A stretch of DNA of 64,000 nt from Candidatus Latescibacterota bacterium (GTDB lineage Bacteria > Latescibacterota > UBA2968 > SICM01): positions 2,400,001-2,464,000 of the forward strand of contig CBDCJO010000002.1 in NCBI GenBank assembly GCA_965217865.1. The letters are read 5' to 3'. Numbering within the stretch: the stretch's first letter is position 1; each line of letters opens with the position of its first letter. The notes under the pieces were generated by a model. The model had not been told where the DNA came from. It saw nothing but the letters and a program-made list of their open reading frames with translations, and did no database searches. Shown here one piece after another: positions 40,412 through 48,541 of this stretch. The position numbers were made by a program, and so were the translations under genes.

Positions 40412-42154
40412 CTACTCAACTGAAGCATTGTCCAAAATGGAATCTAAAGGGTGAGGAACCTTAATCGCGCCTGCTACTTTTTCTGCGAGAATTGGCGGTA
40501 CTGCATCAGCTACCTGCTGCTGCTGAAATCCTATGGAACCCAAAAATTGATAGTCGTCCGGGAAGGATTGAAGTCGGGCAGCTTCTCTAACTGACAGGCC
40601 TCGATTCTGCTCAGGATGGATGAGCATATTTTTACGAAAATTCCCGATGACTTTAGCAGGTTTATTCTTTTCTAGTCTGTAATAGATTCCTGTGTGGCAG
40701 CGTGCGATATCCTTGTAATTATCTATTAATTCAGGTGGTACGGCTTCCCAGTTTTGGCCGGATTTGATATGCCTATATCGCTTGATAATCTTCTCCGCAT
40801 TGTGTGATACAAGATTGCCTTGCACATTGCCCAGTTCTGGCAAATCATTGATTGCCTGCCGCACCTTAACATAAGGTTTTTTTCCAGGGCCCCGAGTAGA
40901 CTCAGGAAAGTTAATGGGCAAACCAAACCGGTTTCCGAGAATAAAAAGCCGCCGCCGGAACTGAGGCACCCCATAATCCGCTGCATTCAATTCTTTCCAT
41001 TTGACTTCGTAACCAAGTGCAGCGCATTCTTCAATGATGCGTTGAAGGATGTAACCCCCAGATAAGGTTCGCAGACCAGCGACATTTTCGAAGACAAACC
41101 ACACCGGCTGCACAGCTTTTAGAAACTTGAGAAATTGTTGATAAAGATGATTTTGGGGATTTGTAAGTGATCTCGTGCGACGGTTTGACTCCGAGAAACC
41201 CTGACACGGGGGGCCATTAATCAGGACTGTAATATCTCCTGGCCTCAATCCCAGACGACTTAGAGAGGCATCAGGATCAAAACTGCAGATATCCTCCTCT
41301 AAAAGATCCGCTTCCGGATGATTGTGTCTATAGGTGGCAGCAGCGTGAGGATCACTCTCAATAGCTTGAACAACCTGGAATCCTGCCTTTTTGAATCCCA
41401 AACTTAATCCTCCTGCGCCCGAAAAGAGGTCTAATGCAAGACGTTTAGGCCTGACTTCAATAGGTAGCGGTTTTGCCGCTGCTGGATGCAAACAGTATTT
41501 TCTTAGAGGACAGCCTTGGCAGTCAGGATCGTGTGCAAAGCAGCGGGTCCGACCGTGAGCAACAGCGTTTACGTGGAAAGCTTTGCGAAGGTGTTGAGGG
41601 ATGCCTTTTTGAAGCAATGTATGTGACTGTTCATAAGATACCCACCGGTGGATGAACCCCAGCCTGACAGCCAGACGGTAAGTGTGCACATCGACTGGGA
41701 GAACTGGGAAATCAAAACAATAAAGGAGAACACAACGCGCTGCCTTACATCCTATGCCAGGAAGGCAGAGAAGTTCCCTCTCTGCTTCCACCGGAGTCAT
41801 TGAGGATAGGGGAGACAAATCCAGCGAACCAAATCTTTGGATGATGCCTTGCAGTATTCGCTTCAGAAGCTCTGCGCGCCTTTTACCAAACCCAGCATCT
41901 TTGATAAGGGATTCAATCTGGGACCTTTTTGCATTAAGTAGCCCTTCCCATTTTAAGAAGTGTGCCTTCAGCCTTCTGAAGGCTTTCAGATATTTCTCCT
42001 CATCTGTCTTTTCCGAAAGTAGGATAAAAACAAGCTCATCCAAAGGATCCCTCTGGTTATTGAGGAGTGGGTCGCCATATTCTCCGGATAAAACTGACGT
42101 GGCACGAGTAACTTTGTAAGCTATGCCAGTTTTTCTACCCATTGGGTATCTCAT
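40412..42154 (-). CDS. Endonuclease III-like HhH-GPD glycosylase fused to a DNA (cytosine-5) methyltransferase
   Basis: LPGIGCKAA, PVDVH, C-X6-C-X2-C-X5-C; then DLFSGAGG, GPPCQGFS, ENV, QFRRR, REAARLQSFPD; AT-richer than the flanks. Confidence 0.9.
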   Translation of the reverse strand: MRYPMGRKTGIAYKVTRATSVLSGEYGDPLLNNQRDPLDELVFILLSEKTDEEKYLKAFRRLKAHFLKWEGLLNAKRSQIESLIKDAGFGKRRAELLKRILQGIIQRFGSLDLSPLSSMTPVEAERELLCLPGIGCKAARCVLLYCFDFPVLPVDVHTYRLAVRLGFIHRWVSYEQSHTLLQKGIPQHLRKAFHVNAVAHGRTRCFAHDPDCQGCPLRKYCLHPAAAKPLPIEVRPKRLALDLFSGAGGLSLGFKKAGFQVVQAIESDPHAAATYRHNHPEADLLEEDICSFDPDASLSRLGLRPGDITVLINGPPCQGFSESNRRTRSLTNPQNHLYQQFLKFLKAVQPVWFVFENVAGLRTLSGGYILQRIIEECAALGYEVKWKELNAADYGVPQFRRRLFILGNRFGLPINFPESTRGPGKKPYVKVRQAINDLPELGNVQGNLVSHNAEKIIKRYRHIKSGQNWEAVPPELIDNYKDIARCHTGIYYRLEKNKPAKVIGNFRKNMLIHPEQNRGLSVREAARLQSFPDDYQFLGSIGFQQQQVADAVPPILAEKVAGAIKVPHPLDSILDNASVE

Positions 42155-42383
42155 CTATAAAGATACGATTAGCCCCTTCAGAATAGTTATCAATGTTATA
42201 CTCACCAGGTACACAATATACGATGTTTCGCAGGCTCAAGAGCGTAACGGAATACGTTTCCATAGAGCACATCATATTGACTACAAGCTGTGGATTCAGC
42301 CCTTATGGCCGAGAGAGCGGACGCACCTCTCCCTGGTTTGGAATAAACTCAGCCAGCATGAAAACGCCGCCGTTCGGGATCCA

Positions 42384-42420
42384 CGCTCAACGAAGGCCGG
42401 GGCGCATACCCCGGCGACAC
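42384..42420 (-). CRISPR. Single 37-bp type I-G-like CRISPR repeat (array remnant)
   Basis: GTGTCGCCGGGGTATGCGCCCCGGCCTTCGTTGAGCG with a GCCGGGG/CCCCGGC hairpin, ~200 bp downstream of cas2. Confidence 0.8.
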
Positions 42421-42624
42421 TGCTAATCCTGGGAAAAGGGGGGTTCAAGGCGAAACATGGCCTTTTCGCAAGGCGGGGAGCCGTCGGAGGTGACGTGTTT
42501 GCGGTAGATTCACAGCCTTACGAACGATACCAGTTAAGAGAAATCGGCACAATCGGGAAAAACCGGCCCTATAGACGCCGCTTGTGACGCGGCTCCCCAG
42601 GATCACCGAGGGTTCGCAGATGAG
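42421..42624 (-). promoter_or_regulatory. CRISPR leader
   Basis: Non-coding stretch between cas2 and the repeat, beginning with a GCGAACCC motif. Confidence 0.6.
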
Positions 42625-42915
42625 TCAAAGCACCCAGGGTTGGCCCAACTCGTGAGGTTGGCTCCGACCGAAGCGCAGTCTGGCCTCCTCCAAGCGCCCG
42701 GGGAAGCGATACACGATCACCGAATCACGATGACTGTCGATGACATCCTGCATCTCGTTGATCATGCGAGCCAACCGCTCATGGGACAGGCGACACTCGA
42801 ATACCGATAGCTGCACCCGTTGACCGTACTTCTCGCAGACTTCGGCGATACGCCTGAGTCGAGACGCTCCCAGACCTTCCGTGTTGGCGATGTCGTAGGT
42901 GACCAGAAGGTCCAT
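42625..42915 (-). CDS. cas2: CRISPR-associated endonuclease Cas2
   Basis: LVTYDI..RLRRIAEVCEKYGQRVQLSVFEC..DSVIVY. Confidence 0.92.
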   Translation of the reverse strand: MDLLVTYDIANTEGLGASRLRRIAEVCEKYGQRVQLSVFECRLSHERLARMINEMQDVIDSHRDSVIVYRFPGRLEEARLRFGRSQPHELGQPWVL

Positions 42916-42918
42916 AGC

Positions 42919-43014
42919 TCACGACATGACGAAGGGTGGATAGGCCGGCAGATCACCGCGCAGATGTCGTGCGAGCAGCGTCGCCTGGGCCGATGGCAAT
43001 GCCCACCTGCCTAT
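42919..43014 (-). pseudogene. cas1: C-terminal remnant of Cas1
   Basis: QATLLARHLRGDLPAYPPF* directly upstream of cas2. Confidence 0.75.
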
Positions 43015-43079
43015 CTGTCGAACTCCAGCGTTTCCGATTCGCCTGTCGCGGCCAGCGCTGTGATTTGATCAGGCGTCAT
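43011..43079 (-). pseudogene. N-terminal remnant of an AlbA_2/Schlafen-domain protein
   Basis: MTPDQITALAATGESETLEF, then a junction with cas1. Confidence 0.55.
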
Positions 43080-43136
43080 AGACCAAAGTCGTCCCTGCGT
43101 TAGTCCGGCACCGATGTCCGCCCGTGACAGATCGGT

Positions 43137-44885
43137 TCATTGGTCAACTCTGCTCGTGCTGGTTTCACCACCGATTTCAACCCATCCGATCAGCTTTGAC
43201 GAGTAGCCTCCGTTCTCAGGGACCAATCCTCGGTGATGAAGCTCGCGCTGGAGCATAGGTTCCAAAGTGTTGTGCAGGAGCTCCCGTCGCTGCTTTGCCG
43301 AAAGGCAAGACTGCCCTGGCGGTCGTTTGAGAAGGTCGCCGCTATTGCGCTCTAACTTCGGGACCCGCCTGCCATCCGCGCCGACGATGAGCGGCTTAAC
43401 AAAGGACCGGTGTTCACCGTTCATGCCTTGAGTGTGAATCAACCACCAAGACGCGACCGCTGGTCCATCGTTCCCGTCCACGGAAACGCCGAGCATCTCC
43501 GGATCAAGACCTTGCCAGCGCTTCAACGCTTCGAGCATCAGTGGGTGGTCAAGCCCCATCAGTTCGAGCCCTGCTTGCTCGCGGGCAAGTTCGCGGTCAG
43601 TGGTGAATTTCCCCTCCGACTTCCCCTCTTGCGAGAGGACGGTAAACGTCTTCTTGTCGAGCCACTTCACTTGCCGTCCGTTTTCCGACATGGCAGCGCC
43701 AAGGAAATGGACAACGCGGTCAAACCCAGCTTCAACGTTGGCGAACGGCTTGTAGTCCTCGAGCGAGAAGCCATCGAGGTCCTGGAACAATTCAAAGACC
43801 ACCTTGCGAGCTTCGGTGGCATTTGACATTGCCGCCTCGAGCTCCTCCTTCGTGCGACGCAGCTCTGGATCGGAGAGTGCTTCCCGGTAAAGCGTGTCGT
43901 AGGTCAAACGCTCCGAAAGCTGCCCGAGGACTTGCAGCCGGAGATCCTCCGCGACGTTGCCAAGCTCATCGACCTTGCCGAGGGTGCGCGCAATCTCCTC
44001 AAGCTTGTCCGTGAGCAGTAGAAAAATCCTGCCCTCGATAGTGTCCGACAACACGAGGTTGTAAACCTGCGCCGTGTGTTTTTGGCCGTATCGGTGGATT
44101 CGCCCGATGCGCTGCTCGACATCCATCGGATTCCAGGGCAGGTCGAAGTTGAAGAGCACGCGTGCAAACTGAAGGTTGATGCCTTCCCGTCCGGCTGCGG
44201 TGCACACAAGCACCCGAGGCCCGTCAGGTCTCTTGAAGCGGCGCTCGGCCGCCAGCTTTGCACCGTGATCTCCACCGCGTAGAACGACCACACCCTGTCC
44301 AGGGTACGAGCCATCAATCTCCCTTCCGAGCAGATCAACTGTGCCGAGATAGGTCGCGAAGATCACGACCTTCTCCATGGGGTTCTGCTCCCACAACGCC
44401 CCAAGGCCACGCAGCAGTTTCTCGACCTTTGTTTCACGTGTCTCTGGAAAGCGCTTCAGTAGGTCACGAATACGCAGTCGTTCCTCTGGCAGCGCCAAGC
44501 TAACCGCCATGACGGCCGCGTCTTCACCTGCCGCTGCAGCTTCCTCACCGGAAGCAGAGTCCGACGCCATGGCGAGTTCCTCTTCGTCCAGTCGCTTGAG
44601 CATGCGGACCTTCAGGTCGGCCAGGATTGCATCGACCTGGCCCTTGGAAACGGCATCGTCTTGAGGGATGCCGTGCTCCTCGTGAATGAGGTCACGCGCC
44701 TCGCCGTAGAGTTCATTGCGGGCATCAATGTCGAGCTGTTGGTCCTTGATGATTGCTTCGTGCAACGTGAGCATCATCAGCCGGCGAGACAGCGTCCGAT
44801 GTACGGCCGCGAAGCTCGATGCCGCGATCTTCTGGAAGATGGTCATCACAAATCCGAGGGCACGCCCCTCGTTGCCCTGGCGCTT
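43137..44885 (-). pseudogene. SNF2-family helicase, C-terminal half
   Basis: KVVIFA, AGREGINLQ, FDLPWNPMDVEQRIGRIHRYGQ; N-terminal ATPase lobe missing. Confidence 0.8.
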
Positions 44886-47529
44886 TGAGCTGTGCGCCGG
44901 TCAAGGACGAAACCCTGAGCGACATGTCTTGGACCTGAGTTCCGGTGCTGATGCCCCACGACTCAACTCTACCGAGCAGGTTCAGTGCGGATGTCGCGTC
45001 CGCTGCGTGCGGTACGAGATCGGAGACCCCTCCGAAAATACCGCCAGCACCACCTTCCGAAGTTGGAGATGTTCCTCCCCCGACACCTTGATCGCCTTCT
45101 TCCTGTTGCCCGCCGCCACCCGTCGCACCTCCGAAGGTCCCTCCCTCTGGATCGGGTGATCCAGAAGGGGTCGAGACGCCTTCTGTTTGTGGTACAGCCT
45201 GTGGCCGAAGCACGTACGTCTCATCGAGGTGCTTCCCAGTGCCGAGCTTGCCCCGCATCCGTCTCCAGGCGCTGTTTTCATCCTCGTCAGGTGGCACCTG
45301 GAGATACTCCATGCCCCGTAGGTTAATAGCGATATCGCCACGTGCGCAGATGTGGATGATCCGTTCTTTCATTGGCGTCTCGCCTAGCCAAGGAATGCAG
45401 GTTTCACCCGATGCGCGGGGTTCCTGTAGCTCTCGCAGGAGCTTGCCGACAGACTCGTTGTTATCCGCCGCGGCACCAACCAGTGCGTCGAAGTCTTCGG
45501 GGATGAAGAGATTAGTGCGAATGTGTTCGTCTACTGCACCGGGAATCTTAGCGCCCAGAGACTTGTGGGCCTCGACGTGAAGAACGCACTTTGCTGGCTC
45601 CTGGAAGTTCCACGTGTCGAGGATGGCGAAACGGTCGAAGCGCCCGTTTAGGATGCCTCGCAGTTCTCGCTGGTACTTGGTGAACAGTCTTCCGTACTCT
45701 GGACTTTGCGTTCTCCATCGTTCAGCCAAGACCACAGCGCGAGAGAGAATCAACAGTTCGTGGTCAAGGAAGATGTCGGTGCTGCCGACCCTTGGAAGGA
45801 GGAATCGCACAGCGTTTCTCCGAGATTGCAGATGGTTTCGAAGCCACGGTCCCAGCGCGGGTCCCACGGCCTCCGGGCTGGCGGGGAGCACCATCAACGG
45901 CAGACGCTCGTCCCAGCTTTGAGGTTTGTCGCCGTCTTCAACGGATTCCCAGGGTGCCGTTGACCAATTCGATGGAAGCACGACCACTCTGAACGCCTGG
46001 GATACACCCTCCTGCCCGCCAATGACGTAGCGGACTTCCTTGGCAAGCTGTTCTTGATCCGCTCCATCCGTGAAGAGTTTGTCGTTGCGCGCGTTGGCGA
46101 TGAGCTTGGCCTGAGGATTCTCCTCTTCTCTGAATACCAGCCGGGTGCCGTCCTGGTGGATGTTGAAGCTGTTCTCCTCGATATTCGCCAGCTCCACTTT
46201 GAACTGGTTGTCGTCAATGCGTTTGCCACGCGTAATATCGACCTGCAACATCTCGGGTTCGGCACCTGCCATGTTCCCCACCGAAAGAGAACGTAACCAC
46301 AAGGCCGCGACAATTTCTGCCAGGTGTGGCACATCGGAATCCGGATTCGCCACTGCATCGAGGACGGCAGACAGGTTGCGTTGCGCCTTCTCTCGCAAGT
46401 CAGTGTGGTGCTGATTCGATACGGAATCGAGAAGTGCCACGATGCCACTCTTCTCATCGTCGAGACGAAAATCAGCAGCGGTAATGACAGGGCTGTCCTT
46501 GTGCTGCTTGAATAGGTCGGTGAGAATGCGGATGAGGTCTCGAGTCTCCTGTGCTTGCGTGGCCACGAGCACCTGATCTTCGAGGAGTTGCATGAGATGT
46601 GGGGCGTATGGCCAACACTCGCGAAATTGCTGTCGGATCTGGCCGTGCTCCGAGGGCGGCACTTTGCGGAGCCGCAGATATTCAGAAACGTGGACACTGA
46701 TTATTAGTTCAATCTGCGACTCTGACACCTGCATGCGGTTCTCGAACAGGCGGTGGAGGAGCAGCTTCTGTCGGTCTTGCTTCGCGGTTGGACTCTTGAA
46801 ATCGACCAGTATTGGCCCCACGCGTTGGATCTGCTGGAAAGCGTCTGTGCTGCCGTCTCTCACCGACACGACCAATACGAGTAGGTCGGGGTGTTCCTTA
46901 GCGATTTCAGAAAGGAGTTGAATGAAGTTGAAGGCCCACGTTCGCCACGGATACTGTTTGGTGTTCGTCAGGCCGTCGTACCAGGTCTGAAATTCGTCAA
47001 GAACCAACGCTGTCGGCGTGTGCCTGAAGAGCTCAATAAGAAGCTCGTAGCTCGGCACTTCCGTCTTTTTCTCACCGAGTCCCTTCCACATGCCGCGAAC
47101 TTCGGGTCCGTAAGGGTGACGTTCGAAGATGAGGTCCCATAGGAACTTGTAGCTTTGGCGGTGAAGGCTCTCACTGACGACGTGCATCCCTTCACGGAGC
47201 GGCAGTTTGCCGAGTTTGGATTTGCCGAGACGATCCTCCCAAGCTCTTAGCCAGTCGTGCGTGGCACCAAAGTTGGTGAATGCGTGATGCAGCATCGCCA
47301 TCAAGTGAGACTTGCCCTGGCCGCGCTCGCCGATGAGGACGAGGGGCCGACCGTGACCCGGTCCCACGGCTTCAATCGCTTCAAGCGCGTCCGCCGACGG
47401 ATAAGTGATCTCCAGAAAGTCCGATGCCGAGATCTGCGTGGCGCCTGTATTACTCGAATTCGCCAGCTCGATAGCGGTGCCTTTTAGGCGGCGACTTTGA
47501 AACTCCTGTCGCAGTGTAAGTTTCAACAT
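44725..47529 (-). CDS. DUF499-type AAA+ ATPase of a restriction-like defence system (extreme C-terminus replaced)
   Basis: IGERGQGKSHL, LVLDEFQ, WPYAPHL. Confidence 0.75.
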   Translation of the reverse strand: MLKLTLRQEFQSRRLKGTAIELANSSNTGATQISASDFLEITYPSADALEAIEAVGPGHGRPLVLIGERGQGKSHLMAMLHHAFTNFGATHDWLRAWEDRLGKSKLGKLPLREGMHVVSESLHRQSYKFLWDLIFERHPYGPEVRGMWKGLGEKKTEVPSYELLIELFRHTPTALVLDEFQTWYDGLTNTKQYPWRTWAFNFIQLLSEIAKEHPDLLVLVVSVRDGSTDAFQQIQRVGPILVDFKSPTAKQDRQKLLLHRLFENRMQVSESQIELIISVHVSEYLRLRKVPPSEHGQIRQQFRECWPYAPHLMQLLEDQVLVATQAQETRDLIRILTDLFKQHKDSPVITAADFRLDDEKSGIVALLDSVSNQHHTDLREKAQRNLSAVLDAVANPDSDVPHLAEIVAALWLRSLSVGNMAGAEPEMLQVDITRGKRIDDNQFKVELANIEENSFNIHQDGTRLVFREEENPQAKLIANARNDKLFTDGADQEQLAKEVRYVIGGQEGVSQAFRVVVLPSNWSTAPWESVEDGDKPQSWDERLPLMVLPASPEAVGPALGPWLRNHLQSRRNAVRFLLPRVGSTDIFLDHELLILSRAVVLAERWRTQSPEYGRLFTKYQRELRGILNGRFDRFAILDTWNFQEPAKCVLHVEAHKSLGAKIPGAVDEHIRTNLFIPEDFDALVGAAADNNESVGKLLRELQEPRASGETCIPWLGETPMKERIIHICARGDIAINLRGMEYLQVPPDEDENSAWRRMRGKLGTGKHLDETYVLRPQAVPQTEGVSTPSGSPDPEGGTFGGATGGGGQQEEGDQGVGGGTSPTSEGGAGGIFGGVSDLVPHAADATSALNLLGRVESWGISTGTQVQDMSLRVSSLTGAQLKAPGQRGACPRICDDHLPEDRGIELRGRTSDAVSPADDAHVARSNHQGPTARH

Positions 47530-47532
47530 TGG

Positions 47533-47769
47533 TCAGTCCTCCCGACTGATGGCCGACGGTTTCGCGCTATCGTTGGCGGGCTGTGCGCCAGCAGCATTGG
47601 TCTTCACCTCGATCCAGGAGTCGATTGCCGTTCGACGGAACCGCCACTGGCCGCCGACCTTGAAGGCAGGCAAGTCGCCCTTTCGGACGAGGCTGTACAC
47701 GGTCTTCTCTGTCACCTTGAGGAGGCTGGCGACATCGGGGATGGTGAGGACATCATCTTGGCTCGTCAT
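47533..47769 (-). CDS. Excisionase-like HTH_17 regulator
   Basis: LTIPDVASLLKVTEKTVY..LPAFKVGGQWRF. Confidence 0.85.
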   Translation of the reverse strand: MTSQDDVLTIPDVASLLKVTEKTVYSLVRKGDLPAFKVGGQWRFRRTAIDSWIEVKTNAAGAQPANDSAKPSAISRED

Positions 47770-47942
47770 AGCTACCCCACCGGAACGATTCTTGGGAAGA
47801 CATGCCCATATTCTAGCAAAATATGGAAAATACGGGAAAGCGTCAAGGAAACTTCATCGACGAGATCAGACCCACATCACGACTGGGACGGATGTTGCGC
47901 TGACAACTTCAGCACCACCGCCGATGAATTCTGGGCCGGCCG

Positions 47943-48280
47943 CTACTCTGGCCAGCAGCCCGACACGATCCTGCGCCGCTTGATGCCGGTTGTTTCGACC
48001 GTGTAGACCTAGGCGAGCTCGTGGGCTCCATTCACCGCGACCAGGACAAGCACCCGCCGATAGAGGCTGGAAGCGCCCGGGCGGAACCCCTCGAGGCGGT
48101 CGATGGCGGGCAGGCGGGACTCAGGGTCGTCGAAGGTGAGCAGCTCCCCGTACACGGCGCCCCAGGCGCCCGTTGTGGCGCATTCGGGCGCCGATCGGGA
48201 GTCTGACCCCACCCAATCGGACAGCCCCGCCTGTGTGGCTACATCAGCCAGATGATTGGCGGTGCCGTAGGCAAGGATAG
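47943..48280 (-). pseudogene. Gamma-glutamylcyclotransferase (AIG2-like), 5'-truncated with a nonsense codon at 48009-48011
   Basis: VYGELL..IDRLEGF..LYRRV..A*VY..IVSGCW. Confidence 0.6.
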
Positions 48281-48289
48281 AGAGAAAGC

Positions 48290-48385
48290 ACGGGTGCCTG
48301 TGTGCTGCGTGCGGACGGCCTGCTCGAGAAGACGGTAGAAGAGCAACCCTCTGGATCGGGAGCTGCGCCGGTTGAAGCGGAACGT
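48290..48385 (-). mobile_element. IS1595-family transposase, C-terminal fragment
   Basis: TFRFNRRSSRSRGLLFYRLLEQAV. Confidence 0.6.
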
Positions 48386-48541
48386 TTTCTTTCCTTACTA
48401 TTTGTCCAATCAATTTATTTCCTTAAGTGGTATATATAAGTTATCAAACAATGTCCAAGGCTCCAGCGTCGTTGTACTTCTCCCAGGGTGCTGCAGCCTC
48501 TAAACCAGAGCGCCAAACATAATATCCCAACCAGCCCCATT

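Noticed and set aside
42348-42420. Complete functional CRISPR array
   Set aside because: Only one full repeat, with no second repeat at spacer distance
44725-44885. Programmed frameshift linking the ATPase and helicase
   Set aside because: The helicase lacks its N-terminal ATPase lobe and no slippery site is evident; a deletion explains it better
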